From: Bugula neritina | Lineage: Eukaryota; Animalia; Bryozoa | Length of the DNA stretch: 64,000 bases | Direction of reading: 5' to 3' | Assembly (NCBI GenBank): GCA_964035545.1 | Contig: OZ037767.1 | Span: forward strand, 31,822,628-31,886,627 | In this document: piece after piece, positions 53,497 through 64,000 of the stretch | Numbering within the stretch: position 1 is the stretch's first letter | Layout: every line of letters starts with the position of its first letter | Program-made: the position numbers and the translations under genes | Notes under the pieces: generated by a model | What the model saw: only the letters and a program-made list of their open reading frames with translations | Database searches by the model: none | What the model was told of the DNA's origin: nothing

Positions 53497-55225
53497 GAGC
53501 TAACAGAATACTATACACACGGCTTGAGTAGAACTCGTCTAGTGAGTAAATGTTTCTCAGCAGAAGACTGTGTCATGAGTGAGTTTTATGGCCCTTCAGC
53601 TGTTAAGAAGACCACTTAAACTGGGTGGGTCATATATCTAGAGAACTGCGTCTACCTCTAGCTACGAGGGGGTGGAGATGAGAAGAGGGAGGGGGGTAAT
53701 CATCAACTAGGATCTCCGTATTGCCTTATTGAATAATTACACCATAAAACTCTAAACTAGTAGTTAGTATTTGGTGTACAGTATTTAGCCAGGTGGGAGA
53801 TGTATTTTGCATTTGTTCACTCTATGTTGTCATAGCAGTCTCTTAATATGACGGTTGTTTTTGCTTTGTTCTAATCACAGACCTACGTTGTTCTTCTTCG
53901 TACTTAGCCTTGTTCGCCAGATATCTTTGTCCCTATCCATCTTCTATATATTTGCTTCACAGTGTCTTTAAACCTCAATCAGGGCCTTCTTCGGTCACAC
54001 TTACCCTCTTTCAGCTGTGAGCAGACAAGTTGTCAAGGTAAATAGTTATGGTCCATCCTTTTGAGATGTCCTAGCCATCTCAAGTTCATCTGAATGAGGA
54101 TAGATTCTAAAGCCGGTAAACTGGCGCTCTTTAGCACTTCATGGTTTGTAGTTTTGCTCCCCCATTTATTTAATAACAAAGGCCTGGTTTTATGGAGAAC
54201 AAGCTAAAAAATATAGTTACCACCAAAAATTTTGTAAATTAATCTCGTGGCCGGAGTAAATAAGTGAAGCAGAAAAGAATATAAAATTTGACAGCTACAA
54301 TAAGCTATAAGCTGTTACGATATCAAACAGCTATGTAGATAAGGGAAAGCTGATTACAGAGATGAAACAAAGCATGGAAATTATTTGGGAATTATTTCTT
54401 CGCACAATAAGATATATAGCTTCTGTAAGCAACCAATCTAAACATATAATATTATGACCTATCAAAGTAATATTATGATATATCCTCATATTACTAAGAT
54501 ATACAGGCGTGAAGCAAATATTGCAGGTTTGTTAAGGGTCATCCTCTTATCTTATCTGTAAGTAATTGAGCCATCAGTTTCCTGGGACATTTATTACTTT
54601 ATAGTACTGGATGCGTAGCACACGTAGTGAAGTACACTTGGCATCACCCATTAGTCTAAGCTCTACTCAATAGTCTGAGCTCTACTCAATAGGGGGGTCT
54701 ACTCAGTGAGATACAGACAGTGGGAGCGGATAAGTAAGAGACCTAGGGCGTGAAACTAATCATGTTATACAACATATAATAAATTAGTAATACCGCATAC
54801 TAGAAAACATTTCAACAGGAAGTATCTGCCATATATCTCACAAGGCATTCCCGATCTTTCACTAGTTATTTTATAGAATACTATTTAAAGGCTATGGTGG
54901 AGTAAAAGTTACAGCAATTCGGTTTATTGGAAAATTCATACCATATAAAAGTATAACAGAATGCTTGAAATTTAAATTATTATGTACATTAAAATTATAC
55001 CATAAAACGACAAAATAGCTTGCAATTATACCTTATGGAATGCATTCACTGAGAACTCGTATAAAAATAAAAAGTATGAAGTCTAATTGAATGACGGAAT
55101 ATCATCACAGCTCAAGCATGATTTGGGTTAAATAGTCCCCAGATAAAATTAGAAGGGTATTGAATGCTGATGTATTATATAATATTGCATAGATAGAGTG
55201 CATAGAGTTAACCACCAAGTAAATT

Positions 55226-58200
55226 CTATACACTGCTATCTCTCCCCAGCTTCTCCAAGTGCAAGACGTTGAGCTCTAACTGAATGTCGTCTGAGTGAAT
55301 GTTCTGAGATGATGAGTCACTGTATGACTCACCATCGTCTGCTAGTTCGCTCTCTCTGTCTGCCAAGTCAACTGCCTTCTGGTGAAGATCTGCTGCACTA
55401 TGTAGAGGTGTAAATGAGGGTTTCTGGTCACTCATAGAAGACTCCAGAGTTGTTTGACTGACACTAATGTTGTACTTGCCGGTGTGACCTGTGAACACAC
55501 CTGTGAGTTAGTATACTTGGATAATTTATACTCATGAAATCACAAAGACTATGATAGGTTGAAGTGAACATAACACAAGCAGTGTTATTGTGTTGAAGAT
55601 GGTGTAGTATAATCAACACGTATCTACAGACAGTTGGTGTAATGTGCAGACATGCAGACACACAGACAGACACAATCACATTCAATGAGCAGTCAAATAG
55701 GATGGGAGGGATAGTTTGGGACACTGTTAGATTCTTTCTAAATGTTGGTTTGTGATGGAACTTGGGGTAGACTGAGACTTGCACTTATGCAACACCAGCG
55801 GGAGAAATCAATAATTTCAAGATTTAGAACAGCTAGCAGCACCAATACAGTTATCATATTGACTATTGATTGAACCCTTTAGCACCCAGCTCTACACGTG
55901 TAATAGAGTACTACACACAACTCTACACATGTGATAGAGTACTACACACAACTCTACACATGTGATAGAGTACTACACACAACTCTACACATGTGATAGA
56001 GTACTACACACAACTCTACACATGTGTGATAGAGTACTACACACAACTCTACACATGTGTGATAGAGTACTACACACAACTCTACACATGTGATAGAGTA
56101 TTACACACAACTCTACACATGTGTGATAGAGTACTACACACAACTCTACACATGTGATAGAGTACTACACACAACTCTACACATGTGATAGAGTATTACA
56201 CACAACTCTACACATGTGATAGAGTACTACACACAACTATACACATGTGATAGAGTACTACACACAACTCTATACGTGTGATAAAGTATTACACACAACT
56301 CTATACGTATGATAGCGTACTAAGGAATAATCTGATGGGACAACTCCAGGAAATCACTCTCTCAAGATCAGAAAGAAGACAAGCTGGATATTTGAAATGG
56401 TGAACATTCTTTTCCTTCTCTGTCAATTCACCCCATGTTCCCCTGTCAATCCACCCCACGTTCCCCTGTCAATCCACCCCACGTTCCCCTGTCAATCCAC
56501 CCCAGCTCTCCTTAGCCATAGATGACAACTTAAAAATGGCTTTGAATTTGAACCAATTTAATTTGAACAAGCTGTTGAATTCCAACTTCACAGCCAAGTC
56601 TTTATCTTAGCAGAACACTACTGAGGCGATGAACATTACAAAAAACTGAATAAAGTGAAAAGAATTTCCACCAATAGGAAGTTGGAAGAGGAAGTTAGCC
56701 TATCAACATTTCTTAGAAACACTTACGGTAAAACTTCCACCGAGTAAAAACATCTGCTGAAGAAATAGAGACATTGTTAGATTACCCACCACCTGCACAG
56801 CATTGCAACAGTCGGGTTGAGCGTCAGGTGCGTACAGGTATAGCAGTTTCACCTGTCGATCAGGTGAAATACCAGCATGCAAAGACTTTTACAGCCAATT
56901 AAAGGAGAAAGCTGTGCAAAACTGAAAGTCATTTTCTAATTTTTGAAAGCCATTTGCAGGAGTTGAGACAAATGCAAGTTTCTCCATAAATCTCTATACA
57001 ATACCACTTCCATATGTGTTACGGAATACAAGAATTCTTGTTTAAGTTGAACGACCTTGACCCCCAGAACGACCTTGACCCCCAGAACGTTAAACAGAGT
57101 GGGAATCACACGACAGCCATGTTTTCACCACTTTTTTAATTATTCACAGTAAGGGAGGTGGAAAGACCAAATTAGTTATTAGAAATTTTAGGTGTTTAAA
57201 TACAATGAAAAGAAAAATGAAAATAAATTTATTAGTAAGGGTTGATAAACTGAGTAGAGATGAGAGCGGAGTTGGAGATTACCATCCATAATCCATTGTA
57301 ACAAGTCGAAGTGGAACTAAAACATGTTCAGATGGGAGTTATATCTACCTCTACTTCTCCCTACTTAGACTTAGGAACAGATGTGTGTTGGCACTGAACT
57401 CACTAATAACTATTAGTTAATAACTACTAGTTAATAACTACTAGTTATTAACTACTAGTTATTAACTAGTAGTTATTAACTAGAGACCCAGGTTACGGAA
57501 TACAATGTAGACCCTCTGCCTGAGCAAACTGGAGCTGCATGGTTTGAGACTTGGACCAGTAACAGAGACAAGCTGAGTTATCTACTTCCATCACTTACTG
57601 ATATTGGGAAACCCTCATAGAATACAGAACAATCATAATATACTCTACTAGATAAATACCTAGGTCTTCCACAAACCAATGACTAAGTTGATATTACATT
57701 TTCAAACTCAAACCAAATTGCTCAAGTTTAATTTCTGTTTGTGACTTTAGAATGTCTTATCATAGCAAATTCAAGTTGACCTGCAGTATGAGATAGAGAT
57801 ATCTGGTTAAATGTATCACTTTACCTGCTCATTCATAAACCTATTTAGGGGAGATAACTCAATTTAATACAGCTGGGCGATGCAATACGGTGAACGGAGA
57901 CCTGTAAGGCCTGGCCACACACTCGTGAGGATCACACGAAATTATCTATTTTACACGAAAACACAAGACGTACAATCAAATTTGAGAGAATTCATACGAA
58001 ATCGTGTTCGCTGGGTGCACCTACCGAAGACGGTGGACAAAAAAGCACAATTGACGATAAGCACCAATTGATTGGTCAATAGAATTTTAGCAACAGTGAT
58101 TATTTCAGTTCCACCACATTTTTGGCTTTGATAATCTTCAGCTGTTTGTATCTCGGACTATTTATTATGTGTTTTGTCCGTGGCTGGTCATAACGAGAGA

Positions 58201-61200
58201 ATAACTCATGAAAATATTTACACAAGTTTTGTGTGATTTTCATGAGTGTGTGGCCAGGCCTGTACTGTATAACTCCTAATAACTCAGCACTGATTCATTC
58301 AATAAAAGTGCTCTCTTCCTTGCTTGCCTTAATCATACCTTAACCCCCTAACTAAGCCCTAACCCCCTGACTAAGCCCTAACCCCCTGACTAAGCCCTAA
58401 CCACCTAACTAAGCCCTAACCCCCTGACTAAGCCCTAACCACCTAACTAAGCCCTAACCCCCTGACTAAGCCCTAACCTCTTAACTAAGCCCTAACCCCC
58501 TGACTAAGCCCTAACCACCTAACTAAGCCCTAACCCCCTGACTAAGCCCTAACCCCCTAACTAAGCCCTAACCAAGCCCTAACCCCCTAACTAAGCCCTA
58601 GCCCATAATCATGCTTCAACATCTCTCTATATTGCTATTACACCAATTTTGCTCAAATGTGTTTGACTCATTATGAATGTCAAATGATTGAAGTCATTTT
58701 TACCTGAAATACTGGCAGCAAATATTATACAAGAGTTAAAGTGATTACGTAATCATACAACACTCACCACCTAATTTATTTTTGAATACTGGGCTGTGTG
58801 AGTTAGTAGACTTTTCCAGAGACAAGTGAGAAGTGGTAGTACTTTCTCTTTGTTTCTGAGTTAACTTCACGGTATTAGCTGTAACAGATACAGAACTGTA
58901 TACATGGTAACTGTAACAGATACAGAACTGTATACATGGTAACTGTAACCGATACATAACTGTATACATATTAGCTGTAACAGATACATAACTGTATACA
59001 TATTAGCTGTAACAGATACAGTACTGTATACATATCAACTGTAACAGATACAGTACTGTATACATGTTAACTGTAACAGATTCATAACTGTATACATATT
59101 AACTGTAACAGATACAGTACTGTATACATATTAACTGTAACAGATACAGAACTGTATACATGGTAACTGTAACAGATACAGAACTGTATACACATTAGCT
59201 GTAACAGATACAGAACTGTATACATGTTAACTGTAACAGATACAGAACTGTATACATGGTAACTGTAACAGATACAGAACTGTATACATGGTAACTGTAA
59301 TAAACACACATCTGCATATGAATTCAATAGAATGGAGACAATCTACTAGAAAATAGCCTTAGAGCTAACCTTGATGCCGGTGACTACTGGTGGACGTGTA
59401 GCCCCCCTCGTACTCGAAGCAAGGGCATGACTTCATCCAGGCCAGCTGGGCGTCTCTTTTGAGTATGCAGTAGAATATGAAGAGAAAGAACCCTTGAAGA
59501 GTGTTGCAGATGACAAAAAGGTAGCTGAATACTGGAGTGTTAGGGATGGCTTGTAGGGCTGTAACAGTGTGAGAAATATTATATGATAATAGTATACAAC
59601 TACTGTATTATATGATAATAATATACAACTACTGTATTATATGATAATAATATATTAATATGCCATGTGTCATCTGTCTTGCTCTACACACAAATCACTT
59701 GACAGTTACCTGCCATAGTCCATGTCAGTCCCAGCAAGACAAACACAGCAAGTGCCCCTCTCACTTGCTGTGACATGTTACTCCTCTTAGCCGTGTGACT
59801 GTCGGCATAGGTTGATCCTCGACGCCGTGTGGCTACTTTCAGTTTCTTCACGACCAACACAAAGGCCACTGTATTCATGATGATGACACAGCATATAGGT
59901 GCAAGCACCGCCCCAAAGAAGGCATGCGGTGTCAGCCAGCATCTGCAACAGAGCACTTGCTGTCACGTGTCAACAATAAACATGGAGTACAATCAAACTT
60001 TTCAGTGGCTAGAAACAGGAAGAGGAAGTGACTCACATCCTGTCGTTGATTGCCTGGTAGTTGTTGGTTCCGATACCTAGCGTTATTCCTACAATGACCA
60101 GCGGGACACCCCATCCAACCAGCATGATCTTGAGCATAAACCTCTTGAAGTATGCAAATACTAAAACCAAGGCTATGTACATGTAGAACGCTTCTATAGC
60201 CATCCATGTGAAGGAAGAAAGCAGCGAGTAGTGCAGGACAACTGCTATAATCTACAAAACGGGTCATTAAGAAGAAGCAATCAGCAAACTTGACTATACC
60301 ATTGCTTAGCAACAGATATACAACACAATGAAGTTATTCTATACCATTGCTTAGCAACAGATATACAACACAATGAAGTTATTCTATACCATTGCTTAGC
60401 AACAGATATATAGCACAGTGAAGTTATTCTATACCATTGCTTAGCAACAGATATATAGCACAGTGAAGTTATTCTATACCATTGCTTAGCAACAGATATA
60501 CAACACAGTGCAGTTATTCTATACCATCGCTTAGCAACAGATATACAACATAGAAGAGATATATGAAAGAGTGTGAAAGATGTATGAATAGTTACTTCTA
60601 CCTACCTTACATGCTACTTCATTATCTACAAACGCGGCGTTTGTCACCAGGACTAGGTTCAACAGTCCTAAGGCTACACACAAATTCATAAGTATTTTTG
60701 AAGGGTTGTCTTTTCTCAACTTTCTAAAATGATTATTACACAAGGAAAACGTAGCATGAAAATAGGAATGTAAAATACCAAAATATAAAAAACATACTTT
60801 TAGTAGTTTTTAGGTTCTATTGACAATTTGAAATCAACTACATTATTGTTTGACAGAGATTGCTTAGTGTAAGTTAGTAACTTACTTCTTATACTGACTT
60901 CTTATACTTACTTGGTGTAAGTTAGCAACTTACTTGTGTTTAATATAAGTGATCAGAGTGATGAGGATTCCAGCCAATGAAATCGCACATCCTACGTAAG
61001 TTATTATAGTCAATATGTCGTTATCTCTGTCGGATATTTCTTCATCGAAAGGATTTACATCCTGGGAACAGTAGAAGGGCAAATAGCATATGACATACAA
61101 CATATAGCTATACAAGGTAGTGATATAAAATATTTATAGAGAACATAACTCCAAATATTAACATTCAACAGCACCAACATAATATATAGTAACATGTTAT

Positions 61201-64000
61201 GACGTACCAGAAGCAGTGCAAAGTTAGTGAGGTGAGAGCTCGTGCATTCCGTGTATGAGTCACCAGTGGCTGCCACTTTCATACCTTCTTGTGACCAAGA
61301 GTTTACATCCCAGTCCCAGTATGAACACGCAGAACTTTGGTTACTTCCAACCTGTTCATTTCAATCACTTGGTAAACCAGTAGATTAGAAACACCAGCTG
61401 ATACTATTGTATACACTGTATACACTGTATACACTGTATACACTGTATAGACTGTATACACTGTATAGACTGTATATACTGTATAGACTGTATATACTGT
61501 ATAGACTGTATAGACTGTATAGGCTGTATAGACTGTATATACTGTATAGACTGTATAGACTGTATATACTGTATACACTGTATATACAGTATAGACTGTA
61601 TATACTGTATAGACTGTATATACTGTATACACTGTCTAGACTGTATATACTGTATACACTGTATAGACTGTATATACTGTATACACTGTATACACTGTAT
61701 AGACTGTATATACTGTATAGACTGTATAGACTGTATATACTGTATAGACTGTATAGGCTGTATAGACTGTATATACTGTATAGACTGTATAGACTGTATA
61801 TACTGTATATACAGTATAGACTGTATATACTGTATAGACTGTATATACTGTATACACTGTCTAGACTGTATATACTGTATACACTGTATAGACTGTATAT
61901 ACTGTATACACTGTGTACACTGTATAGACTGTATAGACTGTATATACAGTCTATACAGTCTATACTGTATAGACTGTATATACTGTATACACTGTATAGA
62001 CTGTATATACTGTATAGACTGTATATACTGTATAGACTGTATATACTGTATAGACTGTATATACTGTATACACTGTATATACTGTATAGACTGTATAGAC
62101 TGTATATACTGTATATACTGTATACCCTGTATAGACTGTATAGACTAAATACTATGACAGTTGCACTGTAAACTAATTGATGTTTCTTTTATATCTCTTT
62201 CTAACAAAGTCTTACCAGAAAATAGCTTAATTTTTGTATTAGACACCATGCTACCTGCAGATGCTACCTTCGGAAGTTACCTGCAGAAGGTATCTGCAGA
62301 AGTTACCTGCAGAAGTTACCTGCAGAAGTTACCTGCAGAAGTTACCTGCAGAAGTAAACACTCGTGGCCTCACATAAACACAACAACATCCCCTGAGCTG
62401 CAGATTTACAGAGCAAAGTGACTAAACTGGATGACAGCTGAATTTAGACTGGCAGCCATGATCACTCACTTACCGTGAAGCGGTGAGGAAGGCGAATATA
62501 AACAGGTCTGGTCAGCGAACTAATCTTCTCATTTCCTACTTGGACAGAGACCACCCAGCTATTGACAGGAAGTGATGTTATATTACTGTTTGAAATAACT
62601 TCAAACAGTCTGGAGGATTTGTAGACTATAAACTTGAGTCTCTTCCCTGAACTACCGTCATTGGCTACAGAGGATCCAATCTCGGCTGGTAACGACACTC
62701 GCAAGTCATCTACACCTTCTAGAGAATATATAATATACTTCTAGAGAATATATAATATACTTCTAGAGAATGTGTAATATACTTCTAGAGAATATATAAT
62801 ATACTTCTAGAGAATATATAATATACTTCTAGAGAATATATAATATACTTCTAGAGAATATATAATATACTTCTAGAGAATGTGTAATATACTTCTAGAG
62901 AATATATAATATACTTCTAGAGAATATATAATATACTTCTAGAGAATATATAATATACTTCTAGAGAATATATAATATACTTCTAGAGAATATATAATAT
63001 ACTTCTAGAGAATGTGTAATATACTTCTAGAGAATATATAATATACTTCTAGAGAATATATAATATACTTCTAAAGAATATATAATATACTTCTAGAGAA
63101 TATATAATATACTTCTAGAGAATATATAAAATACTTCTAGAGAATATATAATATACTTCTAGAGAACATATAATATACTTCTAGAGAACATATAATATAC
63201 TTCTAGAGAATATATAATATACTTCTAGAGAATGTATAATTTACTTCTTAAGATAAATATTAGACAAACCATCAGTTGAGTCTTCAAAGACGTAACCATT
63301 CTCGAAATCATTCGGATTAAATAGCGTTACGTGAACCGTAAGATGTGTCTGATTTAGTGTCACACTACCACTATCGCCCTCTAGTGGGACAACTTCTGTA
63401 AACCGTTCGATATTCTCTACCAACCTAACTCCAGAAAGTGAGAGTAAAACACCAACAAGTTTCATAGAAGAATGATGAGCTTACTATGATGAACACATGC
63501 ATACTTCACTGATACGAGTTTTAGAAATTCAGAAATGTTTTATTCTTGTTTAAGTTAACATTGTTCAACAGTGAGTGTCAGCTGATTAGATTAAGTGGAA
63601 TCAAGTAAATTCGTTGACACCATACATCAGACAGAGAAACTAACTATAATAATTATAGTAATGAATAGTGAATTAGCTATTCCATTTTATCATCTTATAC
63701 AAAATACGTAATCTCTGAAACAACAAAAGTTTCTATAACAAAAAACTGGAAGAAAAAGTTTGTATTTGAATTTCTATAAATTAGTGAATCACCTCTGCAC
63801 ACTGTTGTCCTTTTCATTGGCCATCATAAGACTTCTCACATTAATATTCTGCATGGCATTGAATGTGGACATGTAATTATCACTATCCTCTTTAGTAGGG
63901 GTGGACAAAGACAGCGCCCTGTTTATTATACTCGAAGCTAGTTCTATGTCTACACTAGAAACATCACTGTCACCTTCCTGGTTAACTGCAGACGTAATTA
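55226..64000 (-). CDS. Adhesion GPCR B (GAIN/GPS and canonical ADGRG-like 7TM), 5' end outside the window
   Basis: GAIN exons ~63792-64000, 63270-63424, 62474-62718. GPS exon ~61208-61351. ILTIITYVGCAISLAGILITL, LRKDNPSKILMNLCVAL, LHYSLLSSFTWMAIEAFYMYLALV, CWLTPHAFFGAVLAP, VLLGLTW, YLFVICNTLQGFFLFIFYCI. Ser-rich tail exons at ~58768-58877 and ~55226-55500. Confidence 0.9.
55890..56320. repeat. Intronic minisatellite, ~31-bp unit CTCTACACATGTGATAGAGTACTACACACAA
   Basis: Direct reading. Confidence 0.95.
57907..58261. mobile_element. PIF/Harbinger (Tourist-like) MITE, 355 bp, uninterrupted copy
   Basis: TIRs AGGCCTGGCCACACACTCGTGAGGATCACACGAAA / TTTTGTGTGATTTTCATGAGTGTGTGGCCAGGCCT. 3-bp TSD GTA (57904-57906, 58262-58264). 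Confidence 0.85.
58338..58605. repeat. CCCTAA-containing 19-bp minisatellite CTAAGCCCTAACCCCCTGA
   Basis: Direct reading. Confidence 0.93.
58878..59300 (-). repeat. ~32-bp tandem repeat containing the 3' splice site of GPCR B (~13 copies)
   Basis: Coding strand GTATCTGTTACAG|CTAATA. Confidence 0.9.
60292..60550. repeat. Intronic minisatellite, 45-bp unit
   Basis: CTATACCATTGCTTAGCAACAGATATA... repeated ~6 times. Confidence 0.93.
61408..62147. repeat. Intronic satellite, 9-bp unit CTGTATA(G/T/C)A
   Basis: Direct reading. Confidence 0.97.
62716..63241 (-). repeat. 22-bp tandem repeat containing the 3' splice site of GPCR B (~24 copies)
   Basis: Coding strand TATATTCTCTAG|AAG; the last copy continues into the exon (EGVDDLRVSLP). 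Confidence 0.93.

Noticed and set aside
53500-55200. Promoter, ncRNA or tRNA between the GPCR genes
   Set aside because: No recognisable RNA gene structure or specific promoter motif could be supported by eye.
56790-56852. Possible extra small exon of GPCR B
   Set aside because: The expected phase hits a stop after a few codons, and the flanking exons already join in frame.
58338-58605. True telomere or chromosome end
   Set aside because: Not pure (CCCTAA)n, short, and flanked by exons of one gene.

Overview
Eukaryotic (metazoan, probably invertebrate) genomic DNA with GT-AG introns; the taxon cannot be determined from the sequence. Four multi-exon genes can be read by hand. (1) A large + strand polycystin-1-family gene, 5'-truncated by the window (140-39770): PKD domains, REJ, an atypical GPS without the HL|T cleavage site, TM1, PLAT and a TRPP-like channel region. 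(2) A long-chain acyl-CoA synthetase (ACSL3/4-like) gene nested antisense in one polycystin intron (10631-15081). (3, 4) Two tandem adhesion GPCR genes on the - strand. The first (40227-53496) has a ~2.4 kb mucin exon and a Ly6/uPAR-like Cys module; the second (55226->64000) is 5'-truncated. Their GAIN/GPS exons are almost identical but their 7TM exons are very divergent. Mobile DNA includes two related solo LTRs with 4-bp TSDs and two copies of a Harbinger/Tourist-like MITE with 3-bp TSDs, one carrying a nested LTR. There is also a 202-bp near-perfect palindrome. The most striking pattern is that most introns are filled by their own private minisatellite (about 60 different units). At least ten arrays are tandem copies of the adjacent exon-intron junction itself, producing runs of 2 to ~24 decoy donor or acceptor sites. 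Exon coordinates were read by eye and may be off by a few bases. Most ORFs in the supplied track are repeat artefacts.
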